This document shows, in pieces, positions 37,039 to 50,800 of a stretch of 64,000 nt of DNA. The position numbers were made by a program, and so were the translations under genes. The DNA is taken from NCBI GenBank assembly GCA_965178125.1, contig OZ237756.1, positions 372,001-436,000 on the forward strand. Reading direction: 5' to 3'. The stretch comes from Bilabrum cf. latius. Its lineage: Eukaryota. The notes under the pieces were generated by a model. It did not search any database and was not told where the DNA came from. It saw nothing but the letters and a program-made list of their open reading frames with translations. How positions within the stretch are numbered: position 1 is the stretch's first letter; each line of letters begins with the position of its first letter.

Positions 37039-37769
37039 ACTGCTCGCACCAGCTGCCGACCCTGCACCACCTCGTGCTCTGCTCGCACCAGCTGCCACGG
37101 CTGCACCATCTCGTGCTCTGCTCGCACCCGCTGCCGAGTCTGCACCACCTCGTGCTCTGCTCGCACCAGCTGCCGAGTCTGCACCACCTCGTGCTCTGCT
37201 CGCACCAGCTGCCGAGTCTGCACCACCTCGTGCTCTGCTCGCACCAGCTGCCGCGGCTGCACCATCTCGTGCTCTGCTCGCACCAGCTGCCGAGTCTGCA
37301 CCACCTCGTGCTCTGCTCGCACCAGCTGCCGAGTCTGCACCACCTCGTGCTCTGCTCGCACCAGCTGCCGCGGCTGCACCATCTCGTGCTCTGCTCGCAC
37401 CAGCTGCCACGGCTGCACCATCTCGTGCTCTGCTCGCACCCGCTGCCGAGTCTGCACCACCTCGTGCTCTGCTCGCACCCGCTGCCGAGTCTGCACCACC
37501 TCGTGCTCTGCTCGCACCAGCTGCCGAGTCTGCACCACCTCGTGCTCTGCTCGCACCAGCTGCCACGGCTGCACCATCTCGTGCTCTGCTCGCACCAGCT
37601 GCCGAGTCTGCACCACCTCGTGCTCTGCTCGCACCAGCTGCCGAGTCTGCACCACCTCGAGCTCTGCTCGCTCCCGCTGCCGAGTCTGCACCACCTCGTG
37701 CTCTGCTCGCACCAGCTGCCGCGGCTGCACCACCTCGTGCTCTGCTCGCACCAGCTGCCGAGTCTGCAC
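37039..37769. repeat. 39-bp minisatellite, about 19 units
   Basis: Unit ctgctcgcaccagctgccgagtctgcaccacctcgtgct, with variants. Confidence 0.92.
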
Positions 37770-40507
37770 TCCACTGTGCTCATAGTACCATTGCCGCACG
37801 CATCCTCCAGGCGATCGCCGGGGGAGAACACCTCGTTGAAAGCCCTTTGATTGAACCCCCGAACATGATAGGCGGGCGCGGAGTTAACCTCCCTCGCCAG
37901 GCCTAGCCATCGTGGGGCTGGATCATCGGAACCCGAGTTGAACTGTACCCCGATCTAATCCCCCTTCTCACTGAGCCGAGTCTACTGAGCGTGGCTGTCC
38001 CTCTGCCTGGTTGCCCAGTGCTAGAGGGTGCCACTGCCTCAGGACTCAAGACCCCGTGATCATCGAGTGTCCCGCTACCAGGTGTCTGTGGTTCTTTATG
38101 CCCGTTTACCAGCTCATCCCGGTGCGAGTCATACGATGGACACGCGAAAACTCTGTCACTTGTGGCCCCTTTTGCCTGCCCACTCTTTTCTCCTCGCGCC
38201 CTAGCGTACTGCACGGCGGCAGCACCGCGCCCCCGGATGCCCGTGCTCCCCAGGCGAAGCCCCCCACCTGTTCTCGTCGTCGCCAAGACGGGCGCCGGGT
38301 GAGCCCCCTTCGTGATCGGCCCAACGCCTGAAACTACATGATTTCATTATAGGCCCGTTCTGCCAGCCGCGCTATGCCTTTCCCCGCCTTGCGCTCCGCT
38401 GTACTCATCATTCGCGCCGGCGGCTTGCGGGGATGTCCTGCCCTGCCCCTTCAAGTACCACCTTGTTCGACTGTGCACGGATATCGAGAAATGTTTATTA
38501 TTCTTGCTGTCGGGGGCGTGCCGTCGCGAACCTGGGAAGGCGACGCGTCTATGGCGCCGGCGTTTCGTTGTGCCGGCGGCGAATTGTCACCACCCCAGTT
38601 CGGAGCGTCCGCACGCACCGCAACCCTGCACATGACGCCGCTATCGGCTGAGGTGTCTGAAAATTTTGAGCCATACGGTAGGGTGCCCAGCGGAGGAATG
38701 TATCTTGGACATGACGAATTCCAATGGGGCATGAGCAATAGGCTGCCGAAATCCAGCGAAGCGTCAAAAGTAACCGACTGTTGCAGTCTCAGCCGCAATA
38801 ATCCTAAAGTAAATACACACGTGTGAGTTAGGAGACCGAATTCTCTGGAAGCTATAGCGTAGTCTGTCCCCGTGAAGAGGAATCGCACAGAAAGACATCG
38901 TGGCGCGTCTCAAAGCCCACCGAATTCAGACTTGCTGGCAGCGAAAGTTCAGCTAAAACTTCTAAAATAACTAGTGCCATCGAAAGCGTTCGAATACTCA
39001 GTGCTGCGGCGCAGAGCTGCGGACTGGCCGTTGTGCCCTGAGCTGCGTCGCATCTCAGCGTCACAGGCCGTGCCAGAGAAGTAAGCTACTGGCTTAGGCT
39101 GCTTCTGCATTTCTTTGCTAATCCTGTCTAGCGCAGAGGCTGATCTCTCTCTTTCCCCAGTGTAGACTCGAACCGGAATGACACCTCGCCGGTCGATCAC
39201 AGGATCACGCCAGTATCAGCTGAACGTTCGCGAACGAACAGCTGACCCTGCCCGGGACGTGCCGATGTAGTGCAGCTAGTGTTGGTAGTAGGGCTAGCAG
39301 GGGAAAGGATGCAGGGAAAAGGGCTTTGGATCGAATGGGGAGGGGTGGGGCAGGAATAGGAAGGGGCAGGGGCCAACCAGGCGAGGGGCGCAAGGGTCGA
39401 CCTGGAGGCGGCAGATACTGGTCAGGGAGGGGGAGAAAAAAAATTCGATCCCACCCGAGCAGCTCCTGCGCGGGCGCCACGAGGTATCGGGCCACGCCGT
39501 CTGGCAGTTCCCTTGTGGGTGGCGGCGGAGGCGGCGTCCTGAGGTGGACAATTCCTTTTTCCTCTTCCCTTTTTTTTCGGAGAGGGCAATCGGCTAGAGG
39601 TAGGGGTGGAGCGGGAAGACTGAAGCAACGGAAACAGAGTCAGGTTCGTGGAGGGGGTTGTCACTGAAGAAGAGGGGCATGGGTCAAACGGGAAGGCAGC
39701 ACTTTCGTGTATCCGTCGATTCTTTGCTTGTTAGACAACGAAGTAGAATCGTCGCTGCTTTAATATGTCGTGTCCAGCTCCATGCAGAGGTGCAATCCGG
39801 ATGGACTAAAAAGCTCGAATTAGTTAGATAGATGTATTATACCCGATAATACACGGTCAGACGCGCATGCAACGCCACGATAAATACATCCAACCCAATA
39901 TGAATCTATGAGCATGCGCACGGGTGCCACATCATCGGTGCACCTTAGTCCAAGGAACCGTGTCTAGCCTAGCTCCATGTGGAGGTGCAATGGACAAAAC
40001 AGTTCTTACAGATATACATCCGGATGGTATCCAGATAAGTTATTACATGTACATGCCAGAATGTGACTGAAAACACGCTGCATGTCGAGCAGTGCACAGT
40101 GCAACAACTACCTGCTCACCATGGAGCAGCTGTGCAGTCGGAAGCGATTCAGCTTTGTAGTCAATCGGTATAAAATGTTCATCGTCCCCTGATATGAGCG
40201 TATTGCACAGTTGATACTACCCTACGTTTGGTTACTACTAGGATAAGCTGTGGTTCGGAACCGATAGCGCCTCAGCATTTTTTGTCATTGACCACCTGCG
40301 AGCACCAGCAGGCCACCCCCTAGGCAAGCCAAGGGATGGCTTCGAGTGGCATCTTCACCCCTAGAGCTAAACATGCATAATTTGTATATTTTATTAACGT
40401 TTGTAGCACTATGCAACATTCAGGCGTTCCATGAGGCTCTAAGCAAGCGGCTCGGTGCCGGCGCCGATGAGGGCCACGAATTAGACTCCTTATCACATAT
40501 CCCTCGG

Positions 40508-42046
40508 TCACGAGACACCCTTCACACTCCCCCCACCCACGCCGTAGATCGCTCGCCTCCGCACCTCCCTTGCCAGCGACCGACGCACTAGCACGCCGCA
40601 CTCCTCGTGTCCATTCGCCATCGCTGCCTCCATCGCGTCCTGCATCACCCCGCCCACATCCACCTTAAGCTCAGCCCCCCCCGCCATCACACCAAGCCTC
40701 AGCCTCCTGGCCAGCTCCAGAGGCCTGCCCTCGGATGCGGCCCGCCACACCAGCCCCGCATCCCGCCGGGCCTGGCTCGCCACACGGTGATGCAGCAATG
40801 CATCGATGCGCCTGTGACGGCTGTTGAAGGCCCGCAGCCGGGGCAGCATGGCAGGGATGGTGTGATCCTTGTGAAACGTGATATCAGGAGAAATATATTC
40901 CCACCAGAAGAACACGATCCGCGGGTTGGACAGCACTGCCTCCAGCATTCTGCCGCACTGTCTGGCTGCCTCTTCAGGCTGGCCCCGGAAGTCATTGATG
41001 TTCGTTGATCCGATCACGAGTGACTGCAATGCTTGGTTCTGCCGCACAGCATCACACAGCGGGCCCACTCGGCACGGGGTTGATTTCCGGCCTGTAGTCA
41101 TGTTGTACCTGAGGGTGAGGTGCTGTATGCTGGTGTTCTCCCTCACAATGCGGGCCCCGCACTCTCCCATCGCATTGTGTGGAGCCAAGCCGGATTCCGG
41201 CAGAAGGGTCCAGCTCGTTTCCACCTGCACCAACGTGCTGTTGCTGCTGAGTGCCTCTGTCCATGCCAGCATCGCGTCAAGATCCAAGTTGCATGGACCC
41301 AGGTGACAGTACCGAATGCTCCGGTTGCATCGGATGCCGTCGGCCATGAGACGATTCATCTTGTACAGCTGCTGGATAGCCTCCTGGTCACGGGGCTGCT
41401 TGCCGAGCATATCGCGGATCTTCAGCACCTCCAAACTGCACTGCGAGTCGGCCAGCACTTTCTGGAAGACTTGCACGCAATCCAATGACATCGTTGTCCA
41501 TCCTTGCAGCACCAGGACTCGAAGGCGGTTCTTGCCGCCTGCGTGCAGCATGGCAGGTGCCAGGGCAGCCATGCCATCCGCCGTCCAACCGACAACCTAA
41601 AACAGTAAGCACTGCAGATGCGGTAAGCCGTCAATTGTATCCATGCATACTGCTGACCGAAGCGCAGATCCCACGCTTGCATCCAAGTGTTTGTGTTCGA
41701 CTTCAGGTACTCGCAAGGATCGCAGCCGGACGCCATCCTCGGCCAGTACCGACGCCACTTCCTGTATGGCCATCTATGACGATTTCGTAGGCATGGTGAT
41801 CTGTACTCGCCCTTGCCTGATTGCTTCCACTGCCTTGTCCAGCTGCTTCGGGTATCTTGTATAATCTAGGAGCTTGTTTGGTCCCTGCGTAGAAGAGCAG
41901 CGGCCAGGTTCCTAGACGAAAGCTGTGCTAACCAATACATGCGGAAATTCAGTGATTTATACTACATGTGGCTCGAAACATACTAGAAAGTGTAAGTCGA
42001 GGTTGGGCTGGAAGTACCCGGCCTTCTTCGCGAATCCAAACGACAT
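40508..42046 (-). CDS. LRR/ankyrin-like protein, copy 2
   Basis: Paralogue of 25970..27545 with the same 21-codon first exon and intron position. TAGs at 41774 and 41597. Ends TGA. Confidence 0.75.
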
Positions 42047-42289
42047 GCTGGTTCTTCGATTGCAGGCTTTCTGGAGTCAGTAACTTCTATCAGCACCTAT
42101 ACAAGCCACCAGGTCACAATACGTATTGCAGTCAGGCCACCTTAACCCAAATGCAATGAACAGAACGAACAAATGAACGAGCAAACAAACAAACGAATCT
42201 TGATTTTCGAGCAATCATCACACTCAGAATGAACAAGCCAGCGCATGACGAGAGTGAGAACCACTTACAGAGACCGGAGGAACTTCTTG

Positions 42290-42560
42290 AAGCTGCCAGT
42301 GAACGAATGCCCTTACTAGGAGACACACCTGCTGCACCGAGCCCATCTCTCTCCCCATCCCCGCCCAAAGCCATCTCACCATCAGCTGGCTCGGGCAGGG
42401 CAGGCAGCACTGCCTCCAGCAGCGAGCAAGCGCCATCCACAACAATGGGATTGCGGCCCAGATCGACGTATCTGAGGGAAATGCACCCGGTTCCGCACCA
42501 TTGCCGCGGCGCCAACGCGCACTCGTGACCATCCAGCAGCTCCTCCACCTCGGGCATGTG
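42290..42560 (-). pseudogene. Short fragment of a different RI-like LRR gene
   Basis: ISLRYVDLGRNPIVVDGACSLLEAVL fits LxxLxLxxNxIxxxGxxxL. No convincing complete gene model. Confidence 0.4.
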
Positions 42561-42877
42561 AGCAGTACTCTGCGGCCATGTGATGGGAATAAGCAACACG
42601 AGGCCAGCCTTGTGATAACCCGACACGCTTTTTTGACTCAGGCAGCAATGCCTCGAAATGCACACAGCCAAGCATATGCCCGCAGCATGGTGGCCTAAGC
42701 ACCAGCGGGCGATGCGCCGAAGTGGTCAGCTCCGCCAGCACCCACATTCACAGGCGCACTGATCGCACGATCCAGTGGATAACCAGGGTGCGAGAACACA
42801 CACTAGAGGCAATGCCAGTGGCATCGTAACGGCATCATTGCCAATGACACAACACCTCCTTATCACATCTGCCTCGG

Positions 42878-44453
42878 TCACGAGACACCCTTCACTCTCC
42901 CCCCACCCACGCCGTAGATCGTTCGCCTCCGCACCTCCCTCGCAAGCGACCGACGCACTAGCACACCGCACTCATCGTGTCCATTTGCCATCGCTGCCTC
43001 CATCGCGTCCTGCATCACCCCGCCCACATCCACCTTAAGCTCAGCCCCGCCTGCCATCACACCCAGCCTCAGCCTCCTGGCCAGCTCCAGAGGCCTGCCC
43101 TCGGATGCGGCCCGCCACACCAGCCCCGCATCCCGCCGGGCCTGGCTCGCCACACGGTGATGCAGCAATGCATCGATGCGCCTGCGACGGCTGTTGTAGG
43201 CCCGCAGCCGGGGCAGCATGGCAGGGATCGTGTGATCCTTGTGAAACGTGATATCAGGAGATATATATTCCCACCAGAAGAACACGATCCGTGGGTTGGA
43301 CAGCACTGCCTCCAGCATTCTGCCGCACTGTCTGGCTGCCTCTTCAGGCTGGCCCCGGAAGTCATGAATGTTCGTTGATCCGATCACGAGTGACCGCAAT
43401 GCTTGGTTCTGCCGCACAGCATCACACAGCGGGCCTACTCGACACGGGGTTGATTTCCGGCCTGTAGTCATGTTGTACCTGAGGATGAGGTGCTGTATGC
43501 TGGTGTTCTCCCTCACAATGCGGGCCCCGCACTCTCCCATCGCATTGTGTGGGGCCAAGCCGCATCCCGGCAGAAGGGTCCAGCTCGTTTCCACTTGCAC
43601 CAACGAGCTGTTGCTGCTGAGTGCCTCTGTCCATGCCAGCATCGCGTCAAGATCCAAGTTGCACGGACCCAGGTGACAGTACCGAATGCTCCGGTTACAT
43701 CGGATGCCGTCGGCCATGAGACGATTCATCTTGTACAGCTGCTGGATAGCCTCCTGGTCACGGGGCTGCTCGCCGAGCATATCGTCGAGGTTCAGCACCT
43801 CCAAACTGCACTGCGAGTCGGCCAGCACTTTCTGGAAGACTTGCACGCAATCCAATGACATCGTTATCCAACCTTTTAGCTCAAAGACTCGAAGCCGGTT
43901 CTTGCCGCCCGCGTGCAGCATGGCAGGTGCCAGGGCAGCCATGCCATCCGCCGTCCAGCTGACGATCTGAAATTGTAAGCACTGCAGATGCGGTGAGTCG
44001 TCAATCGTGTCCATGCATACTGCTGACCGAAGCGCAGATCCCACGCCTGCATCCAAGAGTTTGTGCTCCAGTCCAGGTACTCGCAAGGATCGCAGCCGGA
44101 CGCCATCCTCGGCCAGTACCGATGCCAGTTCCTGTACGGCACTACACGGCGACTTTGTAGGCATGCTAACTCTAGATCGCCCTTTCCTGACTGGTTCCAC
44201 TGCCTTCTCTACCTGCATGAGTTTCATTGCGTCGTGGAGGGTGTAGGCCTAGGTATAAAGTCTCGTCCAATTGTACAGTCTCTGCGAAAAAGAACAGCGG
44301 ACAGGTTGCAAGACAAACATAGGCATACCAAGCAATGGGTTAATTCAATTTTGGCTGAAATCAGGTGACTACATGCTGGTCAGAACATACTTGAGAGCGA
44401 ACGCTGAGCTTGGCCTGGAAGTACCCGGCCTCCTCCGCGAATTCAGACGACAT
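42878..44453 (-). CDS. LRR/ankyrin-like protein, copy 3
   Basis: Near-identical to copy 1. Has CAG at 43967-43969 where copies 1, 2 and 5 have TAG. Ends TGA. Confidence 0.78.
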
Positions 44454-45299
44454 GCTGGTTCTCCAAGTGCAGTCAGAGAATGTAATCAGTACCTGTATAA
44501 GCCACCAGGTCACAATAAAAGCTGTAGCAAGGCTACCCTGACAAAGTACAGAATAATAAGCCAGCGCGTGACGAGAGTGAGAACCACTCACGGAAGCATG
44601 CCTGGATAAAGCTGAATGCCTGCAAAGTTGAAGCGACTCAGAGGTAGTAATTCTTCGTGTCGCTATGCCAACAGCTCCAGCTCGTGCTCACTTGCACCGC
44701 CACACCGCTCGCCCCAGCCCTCTCCACAAGCCCGTCTCCACCGAGCCTGCTGGCCAGCCCATCGTCCGATGCCGCTCCCACGTCGTCATCCAGCCCGGCC
44801 ACACAGCAACTCTGCAGTGCAATGCACTCCAAGAAGCACTCCCGCTGGTCACCTCCATCGCCCCTCTCGTCATCAGCACCCCCATTCCCCTTGCTGTTGC
44901 CATTCGTGCCCGCTCCAGACCATGGAGTGCCTTGGGTGCTTCCCCTTGCTGTTGCCGTTCGCGCCCCCTCAAGACCATGGAGTGCTTCGGACCCTGAAAG
45001 ACGGCAATCACAGGGGCAGGGACAGGCGTAGGGGCAGAGACAGGTGTAGTGGCAAGCATAGGCCTCTATCCCTGCCTCCCGTAGCCTGTGCCCAGGGACA
45101 GGAGCTGGGTGCCTGCCTCACCATCAAAGCCAGATGCAGTAGCTGCGGTGGCCTGCCCGCAGGAACTGCTGCCGGAGGGATGGAGGGCAGACATGGGCAC
45201 TCGAAGGAGGGTGATGTGCGAGCGTGCTGCTGCGAACATGAAGAGGGTGAAGCCCACGGAATCGTTCATTTCATCTGCGGGACATAAGCTTGTCTCCGG

Positions 45300-46494
45300 T
45301 GGGTGCAGTGCAGTGCAGTGCAGGGTGGCACGGCGGAGAGCCCGGTCTACCTGCGGCTGTCGGACGGGTGGGTGCAGTGCAGGGAGGCACGGCGGAGAGC
45401 CCGGTCTACCTGCGGCTGTCGGACGGGTGGGTGCAGTGCGGGGAGGCACGGCGGAGAGCCCGGTCTACCTGCGGCTGTCGGACGGGTGGGTGCAGTGCAG
45501 GGAAGCACGGCGGAGAGCCCGGTCTACCTGCGGCTGTCGGACGGGTGGGTGCAGTGCAGGGAGGCACGGCGGAGAGCCCGGTCTACCTGCGGCTGTCGGA
45601 CGGGTGGGTGCAGTGCGGGGAGGCACGGCGGAGAGCCCGGTCTACCTGCGGCTGTCGGACGGGTGGGTGCAGTGCAGGGTGGCACGGCGGAGAGCCCGGT
45701 CTACCTGCGGCTGTCGGACGGGTGGGTGCAGTGCAGGGAAGCACGGCGGAGAGCCCGGTCTACCTGCGGCTGTCGGACGGGTGGGTGCAGTGCAGGGAGG
45801 CACGGCGGAGAGCCCGGTCTACCTGCGGCTGTCGGACGGGTGGGTGCAGTGCAGGGAAGCACGGCGGAGAGCCCGGTCTACCTGCGGCTGTCGGACGGGT
45901 GGGTGCAGTGCAGGGAGGCACGGCGGAGAGCCCGGTCTACCTGCGGCTGTCGGACGGGTGGGTGCAGTGCAGGGTGGCACGGCGGAGAGCCCGGTCTACC
46001 TGCGGCTGTCGGACCGGTGGGTGCAGTGCAGGGAGGCACGGCGGAGAGCCCGGTCTACCTGCGGCTGTCGGACGGGTGGGTGCAGTGCAGGGAAGCACGG
46101 CGGAGAGCCCGGTCTACCTGCGGCTGTCGGACCGGTGGGTGCAGTGCAGGGAGGCACGGCGGAGAGCCCGGTCTACCTGCGGCTGTCGGACCGGTGGGTG
46201 CAGTGCAGGGAAGCACGGCGGAGAGCCCGGTCTACCTGCGGCTGTCGGACGGGTGGGTGCAGTGCAGGGTGGCACGGCGGAGAGCCCGGTCTACCTGCGG
46301 CTGTCGGACGGGTGGGTGCAGTGCAGGGTGGCACGGCGGAGAGCCCGGTCTACCTGCGGCTGTCGGACGGGTGGGTGCAGTGCAGGGAAGCACGGCGGAG
46401 AGCCCGGTCTACCTGCGGCTGTCGGACGGGTGGGTGCAGTGCAGGGTGGTACGGCGGAGAGCCCGGTCTACCTGCGGCTGTCGGACGGGTGGGT
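45300..46494. repeat. 59-bp minisatellite, about 20 units
   Basis: Same unit as 28400-28551; the pattern shifts 1 nt per 60-nt line. Confidence 0.95.
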
Positions 46495-47853
46495 ACAGGA
46501 CGAGAGGTATAGGACAGCTTCGTGACTCATCCAAGGTTGATTTGTTTGTGAATTGCTGGTCTCAATGCTGCTCGCAGCAATGTTTGCAACTACTTCAGGG
46601 AGCGGGGCGGGGCCGCAGGTGGTTGCTCTGCAATGCCGCAGTGGGCCAGCAAGCACGGATTGGAGACCAGTGGATTCGCCGGAGGATTAGAGCGGCGGCC
46701 ACGACCTTACCGTGCGTTGGAAGGCGTTCATCCAGAGCTCACTACGACTTGTAGGCCCTGTAGGTCAGCAGGTGCAGCCCCTATTTGAAATCTGGGCGGG
46801 GGGATCGTGTCGTGGCAAGTTGCGTGTAAATTGAGTCTTATTTTGCGATCGAAGGTGAACCGTATGCCTTGCACCGCCCGCGCATTGCTGCGGGTGCAAT
46901 CTACATGGATGACAATTTGATATCTGGGAAGAGCAGTGTGCCTACTGTATTGATTGCACGCCAGCTGGCATGCAATTCATGGAGAGCACCGCAACTCGTT
47001 GTTCGCGACAACCACACCCCTTGGGCTGAAGATGCTTCGTTCGTCGCGCCACAGGGACCTGTATGGAGGCTTTGATTGTGTGCGAAATGGCATGCCATGG
47101 TCGACAGCTCTGGACTGGCGCTGTAGTAGACTGCAGGATGTAGTTGCACTTAGGCTCAGTCGCGCTTCTCGCGCTGTTTACAATCCCTTTTCCACATATG
47201 CTTACCTTGGCATATCATGTACAGTGGACAAATGACCGCTGCCTAGCCCTGTCAGTTGAAGAGTTTTCGTTGATGGCTAAGTGATGCGAGACGAGGAAAT
47301 GAAGCGGTAGCATCTCGTACAGCAGAGGCCATGCTCTGCCATAGGAACTCTGATGTGCATGCAAACGGCCACTGGACGCCAATTGGGTTTGATTACTACG
47401 TAATCACCGGGATGTCAAGGATTTAGCTAGCCAGCAGAGGCCAAGCAACAGCCGCGATACGATTCGCGAGCGGAGCAGCTTTCAGCTGGCAGCGCTACTG
47501 ACCATTAAACCAGTACCTTAGTAACAGTTGAGCAGGTACGGCTTGGCAAACCTCAATTTTGACGTTTGAAAGCTCGCGATCTGGGACGACTGCAGCAACA
47601 CTGAGGCCGTTTCTGCCATGATCCGGCGCCGCTCAGGGTCATCGGTCTAGTTCTCGGCAAATATGTGCGACCGAGCATGCAGCCTGGTTGCTAGGCGAAG
47701 CTCCACCTGCCAGTAAGTGTGGTGCGCTGTAGATTAGCTGTGATTTTGCATCGCGGTCGCTTGTCGGTTGCTTGTGCTTGCGAGCGAAGCTTCCATGGGA
47801 TTCGCTCTCGCATTCCGACCGGTAGATTCGCCGTCCATTCTTGAACACCAGGC

Positions 47854-50800
47854 ATGCGCACGGTTGCAGCCGCTTGCATCCTGGCTATATGCATGGGCTC
47901 TTCCATTGCCAAATCGGGTATTTTGAAGGAAGGCAGCTCGAGAGTGTACCGAAAGACCGGCGCAAACCAAGCGGTTATGCGAGCCAGAGGTGAGGCAGAA
48001 CTGCAGCACTATCGCAAGCCGCTGGCACCTATTTGAAGCTTTGTATGCCAGCTCATTTGGAATTCAAGCTGTCGCTCCTTATTCTCCGTGGTGTCTCCTC
48101 CGCAGACCCGAACGACCCATCGCCTGAATCGGCCGGAGGGTCCGCTGGCTCCACCGGTGGGGCCGATCCCGAGCCTGAGAGAGACGCTAGTCCGGGCCAC
48201 CAGTGCAAGCACATGATCTTTCATGTGAATGCGTTTGAATGGGACAGGGCAGGAGAGCTGATATCATCTGCTATGCTCGCAGATCCGAAGATGGTCGCCG
48301 AGGAGCTCGCCGCAGCCTCTCGCCAGCTTGCAGAGGACATCAAGGAGGCCCGGGTGAAGCCATCGCCGGAGGAACCTTCTACAGACACACTGCAGGACAT
48401 CAAGGAGGCCCGGGTCAAGCCATCGCCGGAGGAACCTTCTACAGATACACTGCAGGACATCAAGGAGGCCCGGGTGAAGCCATCGCCGGAGGAACAAACT
48501 ACAGACACGCTTCAGGCGGATAAAATTGACGCTGTCGATACGCCGAAGCAAGAAACGAGTCTCAAGGGGCCAAAGCAAGGCGCGTCGAGCGACGCTACCG
48601 GAGGGGATGCAGTCCAAGGTGCGCCGGCCGACTCTGCCCCCAAGATGCCTCTAGACTTGGACCCGGTCGCATCGGATGGATATGGGGCAAGTCTGGTCCG
48701 CTTCAGCGAGGCCGCCAGGCCAGAGGACTCCTCCTCCTCCTCCTCCACCTCCACCTCCTCCTCCTCCTCCTCGAGCCCAGCCAGCAGCCGGGTGCAGCGG
48801 TGCGTCGTCAAGGCGGCTGGCAAGCTGGCCCGGGGGGAGGAGAAAGAGGTCCGGGCTGCGATCGAGTCTGCATGCCAGGTGCAGGCAGGCATCGATGCGT
48901 TCATCGAGGGCCGCACATCCGGCGGCGGGACTCCACTGACGGTTGGGATTGGCATGGCCGTGGCAGCAGAGGCCTAGCGAGCGGCTGCCGTGTCCATGGG
49001 CCTGCATCTGGCGAGTCTCCCGGGTGCCGAGATGCCATTCCAATACCACCTGAGCATTGGCGGGTACAGGCCGAGCGAGAACACTGCCCATGGCCTCCCT
49101 CCCTCCTTCAGCCAGGCCCTTCTCACGGAGCTGGGGGGTCTTGCCTCCGAGCCGGGAGCATCGTCGCCGCACTCTTCGGAGGATCGTACGGTGGATCATC
49201 TCATGGCTTCGCTTACGGCGCTTGGCGAGAAATGCGCAAATGATGAAGTCCTGATTCCTCAGCCCGCTGTGATCGGCATGTCTGCATGCACGACCGATGA
49301 GTTGGCTCAAGCGCTGGTTGCAACCGGTGCCATCGGCGACTCCGGATACTACGAGGACCCGGCCGTACAGCTGGCTGGCGATCTACCCAACCTGAGGGGC
49401 AGTCAGTAGTTTGGGGGTGACACGCATCACCCATCGATGCCCTTCGTGACAGGAGCCCACGGGCAGCTCATCCCGCCGGCCAACTCCAGCCTGCTTCACC
49501 TGGAGGCATCGTCAGGGGCTGGCAGCCGGCAGGGCCCGCTACTGCACGGTGTTGGCGAGCCCCCAGCTGCAGCTGATCATACAGGGGGTAGCGGCGAGGA
49601 GGGTGATGGCGTTGGTGCAGGTGCTGCTTCTGCGAGCATGGGGGGCTCTGGGGGTGCTGCTTCTGGGGCGGGGGCCTCAGACGATGTCGTTGACATGGCT
49701 GGCCTTCCCGTGGAGGGGACCGATCGGCACCAAGTCGTGTTTGTTTTAGATTCTGGTGTGCACCGTCGCTACTCTGGGTTTCAGTCCGAAGGTGCATTCG
49801 ACTGGGTAGAGAAGGCTTTGTTTCAGGCCACGGGCGGGCATCCGGACGACCCGCCAACGAGCAGAGTATCGATGGGTTTGTCCATGCGGAATCCCGATGG
49901 CGGAAAGAGAATTGACGCATCCTTGCCTCCTAATGAAAATGACTGGCATGGTACCACGGTTGCAAATGAGGCATGCGGCGGGCCGGGGATGCGGTCGATC
50001 ATCGTGCCAGTGCGAGTCATTGGTGCGGCATGGGATAAACCGGGCATAAACCATGGTGGTTTGCCGAGTAACGAAGCGCGCCAACTCGTCGCTGACCTCA
50101 GTGAATCAGGAAGCCCCAACCCTGGCAGTGAGTTGGTCTACGCCGAGGATGGTTCGGCTACTCATCAGCAGCGCGCATCATTCGCTGGCTGGGGACTGGC
50201 TGCGATAGTGCACATGGCTCAGGATGTGCGGCTGACGATCCGACGATCCATGGGCGCCTCTTTCCGTGATGGGGCCGTCCTAGGGGTGGTGAATATGGCC
50301 ATTACGAACTGGGACGGAAGAAAGCAGGCGGTCGGAACCAAGAGGCCTCCCATCAGCGAGGCCAAGATGACCAGGATTGCAGAGGAGCTCGATCACTTCT
50401 CCGATGTGCTGCACAAATTGGGCTTCCTGCTTGTGGCTGCAGCTGGCAATGAGCACATGAATGCCGCCGACTCCTACCCTTGCAATGCCAAGGGTGTGAT
50501 TTGCGTGGGATCCCACGCTGGTTCAGTACCGGATGCTTTTGAACAATCTGCTGCATCCCATGCTGGCCGAGCAGCAGAGCCTGTTGTGCGCATGTCCGGG
50601 TTTTCTCACTACGGCCGTGCTGTCGATATATTCGCCTAGGGTGAGGGGATCAATAAAGTCGATTTTGAGACACTCGCCTAGGGACGTGAAACCACGCGGG
50701 GCACGTCATTCGCGGCGCCTCGTGTGACCAGATCGCTGATCACCATGGCCGGCACGCTGCGGATCGTCGACGCGACCAAGGCTCTCCGTCTGTTGCAAGC

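Noticed and set aside
36850-37850. 13-aa repeat proteins in several frames, or a CRISPR-like array
   Set aside because: Pure tandem repeat with no unique spacers, eukaryotic context and no cas genes. No frame links to a credible start or domain.
38850-39200. KPVAYFSG...DAE resembling a Ty3/gypsy RNase H motif
   Set aside because: Short match followed by TGA stops, with no RT, integrase or LTRs nearby.
45088-46754. Long ORFs (411-483 aa) across the 59-bp array, and likewise at 59410-60802
   Set aside because: Artefact of a stop-free 59-bp unit cycling through all frames; copy-number changes do not preserve frame.
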